Below, piece after piece: positions 21,100-31,569 of a stretch of 64,000 nt of DNA. Both the position numbers and the translations under genes were made by a program. Position 1 is the first letter of the stretch. Each line of letters begins with the position of its first letter. A model generated the notes under the pieces. The model made no database searches. It was not told where the DNA came from and saw nothing but the letters and a program-made list of their open reading frames with translations. Origin of the DNA: an uncultured Fibrobacterota bacterium (lineage in GTDB: Bacteria > Fibrobacterota > Chitinivibrionia > Chitinivibrionales > FEN-1185); the NCBI GenBank assembly GCA_963753345.1, contig CAVWBU010000047.1:1-64000 (forward strand), written 5' to 3'.

Positions 21100-22132
21100 T
21101 AGGAAAATTGCAAGGAATATGCCAAAGGGATTGTCCGACAGTCAGAAGCCGTTAGGCTAAGGAGACACAACATGCAGATCGCCGCTTTTTTACAGAGAGC
21201 GATTTCTCCGCTTGTACTTGCGACAGTGGCCGCGGCAGCACTCACCGCCGAGGCTTACACTATCCCGATAGCTAACGGCAACAAATGGGTTTTCATGTAC
21301 GGGCAAACTGTCAGCGGAATGAACACCGACGTCAGAACCGGCAAACTCAGTCTTGTGATTTCCTCCGTTAGCATTCGAGGCGATTCAACCTTCTTTACAC
21401 TTTCATGCAGTGATAGCGTTACAAACGCAACCACCTCAACGCAAAACAGTACGTCAAGCGCGCGTGAGGTATTATACGGCGACTCTATATGCCCTGTGAG
21501 CTCTCAGATTGTTTCCGTTGTTGATGTGGGCAGACTGTTATCATACGCACGACCAAAAGATACGAGCTATACCGTATCAACTTCTTTTTCCGGGTCCAGT
21601 TGGAGCAGCAGCACCGACTCCAGTTCAATCAGCGTGAAGGGTGTGTTTTCCTCGTTTTTGACAACCATCCAGACCTCAGCAACGACGCTTGAGCAAAATG
21701 GCACTTGGTATACGGAAGACACAACGCAATGGATTGACGGAGTCGGCATCTTAAAATACTCTCACCATTATTCTAAGTTGTATTATGTACGGTCGGATAC
21801 ATTGAATTGGATAGCACTAGCTTCGTTCAACGATTTCCCAATTCAGGAATTAGGTGTTACATATCAACCTGTTCGGCGCACCAGCAGAAATCAACTTTTT
21901 CGGAAATGCGCTTCCAAGTATGTGCTATTAAGAACGCCTGTAACGGCAAAATCAATTCCGGGATTCTATTTCAATTTGCAGGGTCAAGCTGTCCCTTGTC
22001 TGCAAAAATCACAAATAATTGTTCATGTGCCAAAATATTGATAATCATACACGTTGTAACCAGAACATATCAAATTTCTATTACCGGCAGGAACACACCG
22101 ATGTCTTCGTCGTTTGTATTGACGAAATGACC
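20989..22132 (+). repeat. ~65-bp imperfect direct repeat pair (20989-21054 and 22068-22132)
   Basis: ATTACCGGCAGGAA.ACA.CG.TGTCTTC(A)GTCGTTTGTATTGACGAAATGACC in both copies. Confidence 0.85.
21172..22041 (+). CDS. Secreted hypothetical protein
   Basis: AAGGAG RBS, signal peptide ending AEA, Ser/Thr-rich, YFNLQGQ tail remnant. Confidence 0.7.
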   Translation: MQIAAFLQRAISPLVLATVAAAALTAEAYTIPIANGNKWVFMYGQTVSGMNTDVRTGKLSLVISSVSIRGDSTFFTLSCSDSVTNATTSTQNSTSSAREVLYGDSICPVSSQIVSVVDVGRLLSYARPKDTSYTVSTSFSGSSWSSSTDSSSISVKGVFSSFLTTIQTSATTLEQNGTWYTEDTTQWIDGVGILKYSHHYSKLYYVRSDTLNWIALASFNDFPIQELGVTYQPVRRTSRNQLFRKCASKYVLLRTPVTAKSIPGFYFNLQGQAVPCLQKSQIIVHVPKY

Positions 22133-22182
22133 GGGAGATGGAACGGTGTTGGTGAATTATTAATTCCGAAACATCAACGTGC

Positions 22183-22266
22183 GATTACTTTGTCGCTTCG
22201 TTTCTCGCAACGACACTTCTGCATTCTCAACGTTTCAACGCTTCAACTTTTCAACGTTTCAACTCT
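22183..22266 (+). repeat. REP-like unit plus tandem 8-mer (TTCAACnn) array
   Basis: GATTACTTTGTCGCTTCGTTTCTCGCAACGAC followed by about five TCAAC units at 8-nt spacing; similar module at 31296-31390. Confidence 0.65.
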
Positions 22267-22270
22267 CTCT

Positions 22271-23635
22271 TTACCCCGCCAGAAACTCCCACAACGGCCC
22301 CACCACGCCGATGCCGCGCAGCTTTCCGATAACACTCGCATTTTGCTCCGGGACGTCCCCGACTATCCAGTTCCTCGATTCCTTTGAGAACCCGTCGAGC
22401 AGGGCAAGGATTTTTTTCTTGCTGAGCGCGGGACTGACATAGAAGAACGGGGGCAGAAGGTCGGTTTCGGCAGTGATTACCCCTTCGTCAAGCGCCCGCC
22501 GGAACAGCGGCGTGCCGGGATACACGCGCATGCCCACGAACGGAAAATGCACGGTTTTTTTGAGCCGCCTGGAGTTTTCGAACCCTTCCCGCATGGTGGC
22601 TTCGGTTTCCCCCGGGCCGCCGGTGATGAGGAAATGCGCGCAGTGGACGCCTGCCGCGCGCGCGAGCTCGCTCGATTCGTACACATCTTCGAACGTGAAG
22701 TTCTTTCCGTATTCGGCCAGCACGCTGTCCGAAAAGCTGTCGGATCCGAATTCGATGTGGGACAGTCCCGCCCGCGCCATGAGGTCCACAAGCTCGCGGG
22801 TGAGTCCCTGAGGCCGCAGGTAACAGCCCCAGGGAAGGTTCACGTTGCGGCGGATCATTTCCTCGCACACGCCGGCAACGTGCGCGGCCGATGAATTGAA
22901 CACCGAATCCACCACGAAAAAATATCGCGCACCGGACGCAACGATCTGCTCGAGTTCTTCGGCGACCTTTGCCGGTGCCTTGTACCGCACCGCGGTTCCC
23001 TCAATAAGTGGATACGTGCAGTAGCAGCAGGTGAATGCGCAGCCGCGCTGGGTCTGCACGTTGAGCATGGAACTTTCCCGCAGGTAAAACTGCGTGACGG
23101 ACGGAGGAAGCAGCGGAGCAACAATGCTCGAATTCGCGCACCGCTCGGGCGGATTGTTGACAATTGCGCCCTTGTCGCGGTACACGAGGCCGGGAATGGA
23201 ACGCGCATCGCTCTTGTTTTCGAGCGCGTCGACAAGCCGCGTCACGGCCTCCTCGGCTTCGCCCCTGATGCCGAAATCGGCGCCGGAATCCGCAAGAAGG
23301 CGTTCCGGAAACAGTGAAAAGCCGCTCCCGCCGACAATGAGGGGCACGCTGGTGAGCAGGCGGATTTTCTTGGCCAGAACCTGAAGATCGCCCGCGTAGA
23401 AATGAGGATCCTGCAGCCGGATATCGTCGATGTTGCGGAGGGAAAGTCCTACGTAGTCCGGAAAGAACGTCCGGATCTTCTCCTCCACCCCGCCTGGGTT
23501 CTCGGCGCAGTCCGCGATTGCCACGGTATGTCCCGCGCCCTTGAGGGATGCCGCGATATGCGCGAGCCCCAGCGGAAACACCGGGTACGGCGTGGTGCAG
23601 CGATTTACGCTGATGAGAAGGATTCTTGAGGGCAT
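22271..23635 (-). CDS. Lipid-biosynthesis-type B12-binding radical SAM protein
   Basis: ILLISVN...PYPVFPLGL, GLSLRNIDD and QTQRGCAFTCCYCTYP motifs. Confidence 0.85.
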   Translation of the reverse strand: MPSRILLISVNRCTTPYPVFPLGLAHIAASLKGAGHTVAIADCAENPGGVEEKIRTFFPDYVGLSLRNIDDIRLQDPHFYAGDLQVLAKKIRLLTSVPLIVGGSGFSLFPERLLADSGADFGIRGEAEEAVTRLVDALENKSDARSIPGLVYRDKGAIVNNPPERCANSSIVAPLLPPSVTQFYLRESSMLNVQTQRGCAFTCCYCTYPLIEGTAVRYKAPAKVAEELEQIVASGARYFFVVDSVFNSSAAHVAGVCEEMIRRNVNLPWGCYLRPQGLTRELVDLMARAGLSHIEFGSDSFSDSVLAEYGKNFTFEDVYESSELARAAGVHCAHFLITGGPGETEATMREGFENSRRLKKTVHFPFVGMRVYPGTPLFRRALDEGVITAETDLLPPFFYVSPALSKKKILALLDGFSKESRNWIVGDVPEQNASVIGKLRGIGVVGPLWEFLAG

Positions 23636-23785
23636 GCCGTTCTTTCGTGCCTGAAAAAGGCGGGAACTGAAATCAAATCTACCTGATTACAATCGGCCGC
23701 GGCAACAAAGCCCTGCTTGCCCGCGGCGCCTTCGTGTGTTATTTTGACAGCACGGGCAAGGGCATCCCTTTGGCGCAAGGACGCT

Positions 23786-24508
23786 ATGTCGTACGAAAAC
23801 GTGCTGGTCATCATCCCCACGTACAATGAGCGCGAGAACATCGGGCTTATTATACCTGAGATACGGTCCCTGCTCCCCGATGTTCACATCCTCGTGGTGG
23901 ACGACAATTCACCCGATAAAACGTCTCCTTTCGTCAAGGAGCTTGCGGTCAAGTATCCGGGGTTGTTCGTGCTCGACAGGCCCGCAAAGGAGGGCCTGGG
24001 AAAGGCCTACGTCGCCGGATTCGCCTGGGCGCTTGAGCGATCGTACGAATTCGTGTTCGAAATGGACGCCGATTTTTCGCACGACCCGAAGTACCTTCCC
24101 GATTTCCTGACCGCGATCCGCGACAACGATCTCGTTATCGGCTCCCGCTACATCCGGGGCGTCAACGTGGTGAACTGGCCCATGAGCAGGCTGCTCCTCA
24201 GCTATTTCGGGAACCTTTTTGCGCGGATCGTGACGGGCGTGCCGGTGCTCGACTGCACCGCCGGGTTCAAGTGCTTCCGCCGGAAGGTGCTCGAAACCAT
24301 ACGGCTTGATAAAATCGACTCGTCGGGTTATTCGTTCCAGGTGGAAGTGAATTACCTCGTGTGGAGGAACAAATTCAGGATCGCCGAAATCCCCATTGTG
24401 TTTACCGACCGGAAGCGCGGCGCGTCCAAGATGTCAACCAAGATCGTCCGCGAGGCACTCGTTCTTATCTGGAAACTCCGCCTGCTGTCGGCCTTCAACA
24501 GGATGTAA
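23786..24508 (+). CDS. Polyprenol monophosphomannose synthase (GT2)
   Basis: [34 protein letters not shown] and GYSFQVE. Confidence 0.9.
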   Translation: MSYENVLVIIPTYNERENIGLIIPEIRSLLPDVHILVVDDNSPDKTSPFVKELAVKYPGLFVLDRPAKEGLGKAYVAGFAWALERSYEFVFEMDADFSHDPKYLPDFLTAIRDNDLVIGSRYIRGVNVVNWPMSRLLLSYFGNLFARIVTGVPVLDCTAGFKCFRRKVLETIRLDKIDSSGYSFQVEVNYLVWRNKFRIAEIPIVFTDRKRGASKMSTKIVREALVLIWKLRLLSAFNRM

Positions 24509-24511
24509 CCG

Positions 24512-26137
24512 GTGGCCGCCCCCAACACCCTCATTTCAATCGTGATTGTCAATTTCAAGGTGGCCGACTACCTCAAGCGCACCCTGCTCTCGCTCCGGGA
24601 AGCGGACCTGTACAACCGCTCCGAGGTGATCGTGGTGGACAACGCGTCGCACGACGATTCCCGGAGCCTCATTACGGCGGAGTTCCCCGAAGTGACCTGG
24701 GTGGGACTCAAGAACAACATCGGATTCGGGAAGGCATGCAACGTCGGCGCGAAAAGCGGCCGCGGCGACCTATCTCCTGTTTCTCAACCCGGACACGCTC
24801 GTTTCGAAAAACACCCTGCAGACATGCGTGGATTTCTTCGAGCTCTCATCCGGGCGCCGGCATCATGGGGCCCAAGATCCTCAACGCCGACGGAACGCTG
24901 CAGGCTGGATGCAGGCGGAGTTTTCCCTCGCCGCTGGTCGCGTTTTACCGGCTCGCGGGCCTGAGCAGGCTCTTCCCCAACAGCCGCCGCTTCGGCAGAT
25001 ACAACCTTACCTTACCTCGACCCCGGCGCACTTTCCGAAGTGGACGCGGTGTCGGGGTCGTTCATGTTCGTTTTGTCAAGGCTTTTCCACGACATCGGCG
25101 GTTTCGACGAGACGTTCTTCATGTACGGTGAAGACCTCGACCTGTGCTGCCGCATCAAGGACAGGGGATATTCGGTGTGGTACAATCCGGCGACCACGAT
25201 CATCCACTTCAAGGGCAGGAGCGCCGCGAAACGGATGTGGAAATCGCGCAGGGCGTTCTACGAGGCAATGATTCTCTTTTCCCGGAAGTACAAGCACACC
25301 CGCGCGTCGTTTTTCCCGGGATGGCTCATCATGGTGGGCATCCTGTTCCAGGCCGGCGCGAATTTCGTGGGCAGCATCCTCAAAACCTCCACCGCGGTCT
25401 ACATCGACGTATTTGTCATCAACGTCCTGCTCTGGAGCGGCATAACCCTGTGGTTTTCTTTTCTGTCAATGGTGAGCCCCTATGCCGGGGGAAGCGTGGG
25501 GATGCTGCTGCTCATGCATGTCCTTCTGTCGCTCAGTTTCGTGAGCAATTTCGCATACCGGGGCGTGTATTCAAAGGAACGGTACTCGGCGGTCAACGCG
25601 ATCGTATCGGGCATGACGGCCTCGGTGGTTTTCCTGGCGGTCGTGTTCTTCGTGAAATCAATGGCCCTGTCGCGCATCGCGTTCGGGGTGTCGACCGTCT
25701 TCATAACCTTCACCCTGGTTGCCTGGCGCGAAGCGCTGCCGCGTCTCCTCACCCGGTTCAGGCGCGTGGCGTTCAGCACCGGCAGCGTGGTGATCCTCGG
25801 TTCCGACGATGTCGCCGCCACGCTCATTCGAAATGTCGAAAACGACCCCTCGGCGAACCTCCAGGGGATCCTGTGGCCGTCGGTAAACGGCTCCCCCGGC
25901 GAATTCATGGGATACCCGGTGCTCGGCCATATCGAGAACATCAAGGACGTGCTGTCCCGGCAGCACGTCGACCTCCTGCTCATCGCCACCGACCAGCCGT
26001 GGTACTCGCACCTGATCGAGGCGCTCGCAACCGTCAAGGTCCGCAACCTCACCATCCGCTGGGTCCCCACGGAATTGTTTACGTTCCCGCGTGACAAGCT
26101 GCCGGGAGTGATTCCGCTGAGAGATTTTTCGGTATAA
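24512..26137 (+). CDS. GT2 glycosyltransferase with C-terminal membrane and Rossmann-like domains; frameshifted
   Basis: [14 protein letters not shown] and GFGKACN in one frame; DAVSGSFMF and [11 protein letters not shown] in another; indels between about 24770 and 25015. Confidence 0.8.
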
Positions 26138-26198
26138 TAAAATCCATTACAAAGAGTCGGGGGAGAAGAATAGCCTGTCTCAAAACCCAGTCAAGGAA

Positions 26199-26344
26199 CT
26201 GGGCGCCTGCCTTCGGCACCGGTTCTCCTTCCGGTCTCGGCCACGGCCTCGGGCTGCCACGGCCCAATGGCCCACAGGGCCGGGTCCGGGCAGCATCCCG
26301 CTCTAGCGGGACCTCCAGTCGCCCCTGGCGCGTGGCAGCGGGAA
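26199..26344 (+). repeat. Family A copy A2 (subtype II)
   Basis: CTGGGCGCC head, GGTTCTCCTTCCGGTCTCGGCC core, ACCTCCAGTCGCCCCTGGCGCG tail. Confidence 0.85.
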
Positions 26345-26448
26345 TCCTGCACAATCATCACATGCTTGACTAATTAGGACTTTTTCTCGTTGTATCATGA
26401 GCATTCAACCTGGCGCAAGAATTACAAATTGACAAAAAGAAATTGCTC

Positions 26449-26686
26449 CTGCCGCGCGCCAGGCAGGACCGGAGGGTGAGCTGAAGCGAATTGTCACTTC
26501 GTTCCCCAAGGTACGGTAATAGCGCTTCGCGCTTTGTTATTATGTCGCTTGCCTTGTGCCGGCCGACGACCCTTGGAAGCACCCGAAGGGGTGCCCCGGC
26601 CGCAGGCCATCGGGGCGGTCCGGCAACGAGGCGATTAGCCGAGCCCGGAGGGAGACCGACCCGAGCGCAGCGAGGGGAACGCCCAA
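26449..26686 (-). repeat. Family A copy A3 (long subtype I)
   Basis: Head/tail as A1, plus an ~90-nt insert shared with A9. Confidence 0.85.
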
Positions 26687-26756
26687 TTTATTCTCTTGCA
26701 ATGATTATAGAAATGCGAGTATTCAAGAAATCAATGTTATGATTTATATTACCTCC

Positions 26757-27641
26757 ATGGCAGAAAACGACACGGCAAACAACGACTCCGGCAATCAACC
26801 GAACCAGCCCGCAGGCGACGAAGCTTTGCAAGCCGCCCCGGAAACCGTGGCCCTCGAAATCACCGACGAGCAGGCGGCCGACAATGCCGCGGCCATGGAG
26901 GAAGAAAGCAGGGCCGAGGTTGCCGTTCCGGAAAACAATTCGCCCGACAATCCCCTTCGCGTGCTCGAGGCGCTGCTCTTCGCCTCCGACGAAATCCTCA
27001 CCACCGACAGGATAAAGGCCATTGTGCCCGGCATTCCGGACGGCCGCAAGATCCGGCAGATGGTTGACAAAATAAACGAGCATCTCGCCAAAGAGCGCCA
27101 CCCGTTCGAGGTCGTGGAGATCGGCGGCGGGTACCAGTTCCGCACGGTTTCGTACTATTATCCCTGGGTGGTGCAGCTCTTCAAGGAGAAGGCCGCGCGC
27201 AAGCTTTCCATCCAGTCGCTCGAATGCCTCGCGATCATCTCGTACAAGCAGCCCATCACCAAGGCCGAAATCGAATCCATACGCGGCGTGATGTCCGACG
27301 GCGCCATGAAGACGCTGCTCGAGAAACGGCTCGTGACCATTTCGGGCCGCAGCGACAAGGCCGGGCGTCCGTTGCTCTATGCGACCACCAAGGAATTTCT
27401 CGCCTACTTCGGCATCAACAAGATCGCCGACCTGCCGAGGATCGAGGAATTCGAGGCCATGGCAAAGGAGAAACTCGGCGACCTTACCGAAACGGAACTC
27501 ACGTTCATGGAGGCGGAAAAGACCGCGGCCGCGGATGTGCCACAGGCGCCCGCCGCGCCCGAAGAAACGGTGGCGCTTGACCAAAGCGAATTGCCGCAGG
27601 ACGCGCCGCAGGACGCGCCTCAGCCGCCCCAACCGTCATGA
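26757..27641 (+). CDS. scpB: SMC-Scp complex subunit ScpB
   Basis: LEALLFAS, GGGYQFRT, LECLAIISYKQPITKAEIESIRGV and GRPLLYATTKEFL; acidic N- and C-terminal extensions. Confidence 0.92.
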   Translation: MAENDTANNDSGNQPNQPAGDEALQAAPETVALEITDEQAADNAAAMEEESRAEVAVPENNSPDNPLRVLEALLFASDEILTTDRIKAIVPGIPDGRKIRQMVDKINEHLAKERHPFEVVEIGGGYQFRTVSYYYPWVVQLFKEKAARKLSIQSLECLAIISYKQPITKAEIESIRGVMSDGAMKTLLEKRLVTISGRSDKAGRPLLYATTKEFLAYFGINKIADLPRIEEFEAMAKEKLGDLTETELTFMEAEKTAAADVPQAPAAPEETVALDQSELPQDAPQDAPQPPQPS

Positions 27642-30316
27642 CGTCCCTCGAATTCCAGTCCCCTTCCGATTCGCTCACCCCGCTCATGCGCCAGTACAAC
27701 GCCATCAAGGCACAGAACCCGGACACCGTGCTGCTGTACCGGATGGGCGATTTCTACGAGATGTTCAACGAGGATGCGAAGATCGCGTCAAAGGTGCTCG
27801 GGCTCACCCTCACCGCGCGCAACCACGGCGGCGCCGAGGACGTGCCGCTGGCCGGATTTCCGCATCACGCCATCGACCGGTACGCAAACCGGCTGGTCAA
27901 GGCCGGATACAAGATCGCCATCTGCGAGCAGACCGAAGACCCCAAGAACGCCAAGGGCGTGGTGAAGCGCGACATCGTGGAGATCATCACGGCCGGTACG
28001 GCGACCGAAGACAACTTTATCGAAGAAAAGAGCAACAACTTTATCGTGGCCGTGGTCGCCGCGGCCGACGCCCTGGGGATCGCCATTTGCGATCTGTCAA
28101 CAGGGCTCTTTGAGGCCGAGGAAATTCCGAAGGACATGCTCGGCGAAGAGCTTGTCCGCATCGATCCCGCCGAGGTCCTGCTCGCCGGCGAGGAGGACAA
28201 CCCGCTTTGCGCGGATGTAAAGAATGCGCTGCCGCAGGCGCTCGTGTCGCGCTACGATGCCTGGAAATTCGAGCATGACATAGCCGACAAGTATCTGTGC
28301 GGCCATTTCGGGGTCGCCACGCTGTCGGGCTTCGGGTTTTGCAACCTTGGATGCGGCAGCGTGCGCGGCCGGGGGACTGCTTTCCTATCTTAAAGACCAG
28401 AAAAAGAACGATCTGCGCCACATCGTGGCGCTTTCTCCGCGCGCGCTGTCGTCGTTTGCCGACCTCGACCCGTCAACGATACGCAACCTCGAGCTGCTCC
28501 GCCCCATGCACGCCGACGACGAGGACGGCACGCTCCTGTGGGTGCTCGACAAGACGAGCACCGCCATGGGCGCGCGGCTGTTGCGCACATGGATCACCCA
28601 CCCGCTGCGGGACATCGGGGCGATTGCCGAGCGGCTCGACAGCGTGGCCTGGTTCAAGGCCGACGTGTTTGTCAAGGGCGAGGCGGAACTGTTCCTCAGG
28701 CAGATCGCCGACATCGAGCGCCTGATCGGCAGGGTCGCGTACGAGCGCGCCAATGCCCGCGACGTTTCCGCGCTCGCAAAGTCGCTGGCGGTGTTTCCCC
28801 GGATAGTCAAGCTCCTTTCCGCCGCGCCGAGCACATCGCTGGCCGAAGCGCGAATGTCTCTCGAAGGGTTCGAACCGCTCGTGGAATCGGTGCTTAAGAC
28901 CATCGTGGAGAGCCCGCCGCTGTCGATAAGGGAGGGCGGAATCATCAAGACCGGCGTGTCGGCCGAACTTGACGAAGTGAGAAGCGCAACCGTAAACGGC
29001 AAGAAGTGGATCGCCTCGCTCCAGGAATCCGAGAGCAGCCCGCACCGGCATTTCGTCGCTGCGCGTGGGATACAACCGCGTGTTCGGCTATTACATCGAG
29101 GTGTCGAAGGCGAACCTCGGCTCGGTGCCGGAGAATTACATCCGCAAGCAGACGCTTGTCAACGGGGAACGGTTCATCACGCCCGAGCTCAAGGACATGG
29201 AGGCCAAGATCCTGGGCGCCGACGAAAAATGCGCGGCGCTGGAATACGATCTGTTCGTGGCGCTGCGCTCCCGCATCGCAGGCGCAGTGCGCCGCGATCC
29301 AGAAGGCGGCGCGCTCAATCGCCCTGCTCGACGTGTACCTGTCGCTTGCAAAGGCCGCAACGGAATACGGCTACTGCCGGCCCGTGCTCGCGGAATCGGC
29401 CGATCTTGCGATACGAGAGGGCCGGCACCCGGTGGTGGAGCGCATGCTTTCGGCCGGCGACCAGTTCGTTCCGAACGACACCGACTGCCGCGCGGCCGAC
29501 TCGCAGATATTGCTCATCACCGGCCCCAACATGGCGGGAAAATCAACCTATTTGCGGCAGAACGCGCTTATCGCGCTCATGGCGCAGATGGGTTCGTTCG
29601 TGCCCGCTTCCTCGGCGCAGATCGGCGTTGTTGACAGATTCTACACGCGCGTGGGCGCGTCCGACCGGCTCGCGCGGGGACAAAGCACCTTCCTGGTGGA
29701 AATGATCGAGGTGGCCAACATCCTCAACAACGCCACCGACAAAAGCCTCGTGCTGCTCGACGAGGTGGGCCGCGGAACCTCCACGTTCGACGGCATCTCA
29801 ATCGCCTGGGCGGTCGCCGAGTACCTGCACGAGGCGCAGGGCAGAAGGCCGCGCACGTTTTTTGCCACGCATTACCACGAGCTCACCGAGCTGGCCCTTC
29901 TGTTCCCGCGAATCAAGAACCTGCACATCAAGGTGAAGGAATGGAACGACAAGATAATCTTTCTGCGCAAGATCGACCTTGGAAGCTGCGACCATTCCTA
30001 CGGCATCCAGGTCGCGCGGCTCGCCGGCGTGCCCAAGGCGGTGATCATCCGCGCAAAGGAGATTCTGGCGAACCTTGAGAACATGGAGTTCTCGCCCGAC
30101 CACAAGCCCATTCTCGCCCGACACCGGGAGGCCAAGAAAAGCGCGCAGCAGGAAGCAGAACGTTTCGATGTCGGCGTGCAGCTTAATATGATCGACGCAA
30201 TGAAGGGGGAAATCATACAGCAGCTTTTAGACTTGGATTTGAATCAGCTGACGCCGCTTGATGCGTTGAACTTGATAGCAGAATTGAAAAAGAGGGCGGG
30301 GGAAATACCGGAGTAG
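27638..30316 (+). CDS. mutS: DNA mismatch repair protein MutS; split by about three frameshifts
   Basis: [50 protein letters not shown] and ATHYHEL spread over ORFs 27638, 28347, 29065 and 29006. Confidence 0.93.
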
Positions 30317-30340
30317 CTTCACATGTAGTAAATAAAAACC

Positions 30341-30591
30341 TTGGGCGTTCCCCCGCTTCGCGGGGTCGGGCAATATTTCCGTCCTTCCTGTTGGACGGGT
30401 TACTTCCTTCCGGTCTCGGGCCTAAAAATAAATAAAGAGCTGGGCGTTTCCCTCGCTGCGCTCGGGCCGGTCTCCCTTCGGGCTCGGCTACTCGCCTCGT
30501 TACCGCCTGCCACGAGGGCCCTGCGGGCCGTGGTCAGGCGGTAATTCGCTCTAGCTCACCCTCCGGTCCACCTAACGCGCGGCAGAGGGAA
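30341..30591 (+). repeat. Family A truncated copy (30341-30422) plus full copy A4 (30440-30591)
   Basis: Two TGGGCGTT heads; the second continues to CTCACCCTCCGGTCCACCTAACGCGCGG. Confidence 0.85.
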
Positions 30592-30648
30592 TCTATTAGG
30601 GCAATTTATTCTTCTTGCGCCAAACTGCGGAATTGCAGAACTTGACAT

Positions 30649-31272
30649 TTACGGACATGTCTGCGTAGTTCGCCACGTACTGTCTCGACAAGTTTTTGTT
30701 ATCCATTGAGAAATGGAATCGGGGATATTGCAAAGCAAATTGAAATTGACGTTTATATAAGCAACACTACATTCCATAATGTTTGGTGAAATACTGGAAA
30801 TATAATTGGCATCGAAAAGCAGCCCAATAGCGCTTTTCAATTTGCCAATTTCATCCGGAATTCTTTGCAGCTTGTTAGAGTCAAGACGTATGGTACCCGC
30901 ATAGAAAATAGTATCCGTAAAAATTAGAGAATCGATATTGTTATTCTGTAACTCTAGAGTTGGGATAGATAAACTATTCAAGTACTTTGAAAATACAAAC
31001 TTAACTAATGATCGTGACTTTAGATTGATTTCAGCAACCTCGGAATTGGCCAAAACAATAACATCTCTCACCTTCACCGTATCTAACCCATTCTCATCAA
31101 GTATGGCCCGTACGGCTAATGAATCACCTTTGCTCAACATATTGATTGGTGGCCCGTCTGAAGGGTTGCTGCCGAACCAGAGGCCCTGAAGATCACAGCT
31201 CAGAAACAATGCGGACAAAACAAGAACCGCCCACGTCACGGAACAGACCGGTTTTCTCTTATGTAAGTTCAT
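30649..31272 (-). CDS. AT-rich leucine-rich-repeat lipoprotein
   Basis: LFLSC lipobox; DSLAVRAILDENGL; LRR units LELQNNNI, LDSNKLQRIPDEIGKL and VNFNLLC. Confidence 0.8.
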   Translation of the reverse strand: MNLHKRKPVCSVTWAVLVLSALFLSCDLQGLWFGSNPSDGPPINMLSKGDSLAVRAILDENGLDTVKVRDVIVLANSEVAEINLKSRSLVKFVFSKYLNSLSIPTLELQNNNIDSLIFTDTIFYAGTIRLDSNKLQRIPDEIGKLKSAIGLLFDANYISSISPNIMECSVAYINVNFNLLCNIPDSISQWITKTCRDSTWRTTQTCP

Positions 31273-31295
31273 ATAATAGACTCAGTTCACCTGTA

Positions 31296-31390
31296 GATTG
31301 CTTCGCTTCGCTCGCAATGACACTTGTTTTTCTTTGTCCAGTTTTCGGGTATTAACTTTTCAACTATTCAACGCTTCAACGTTTCAACTA
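31296..31390 (+). repeat. REP-like unit plus tandem 8-mer array
   Basis: AGATTGCTTCGCTTCGCTCGCAATGAC followed by TTCAAC units at 8-nt spacing. Confidence 0.65.
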
Positions 31391-31396
31391 TTCTCC

Positions 31397-31547
31397 GTGG
31401 GTGCCCCCGCAACACTGTTCGGTCTAGCAGCTACTTTGTCAAGGGGGCCACCCTAGAGGGGGTAGCGCAGGACCGGTCGCGCAATTCCAGCATTCTGTTT
31501 TGCAAAGTTGTGCGACCGGGCCGTAGCGAGGGGGAGCCTTCCTCCAC
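31397..31547 (+). repeat. Structured repeat family B, copy B1
   Basis: GGGTGCCCCC...GGGGGCCACCC hairpin, GAGGGGGTAGCG.AGGACCGGTCGCGC...GCGACCGGGCCG.AGCGAGGGGGA. Confidence 0.85.
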
Positions 31548-31569
31548 ATGAAAATCTTTTATTATATCT

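Noticed and set aside
21061-21157. Complete attC before the 21172 gene
   Set aside because: Only the GTTAGGC core is clear; there is no convincing left arm and no GCCTAAC after the gene
26370-26742. Short ORFs shared between 26370-26742 and 56093-56467
   Set aside because: Their similarity is explained by the non-coding repeat; starts, frames and lengths are not conserved
27638-30316. mutS (and eno) as true pseudogenes or programmed frameshifts
   Set aside because: Motifs are intact, no consistent slippery sites, and similar indels occur throughout the window
31450-31547. tRNA-like start GGGGTAGCGCAG in family B
   Set aside because: No T-loop GTTCRA, anticodon arm or acceptor stem
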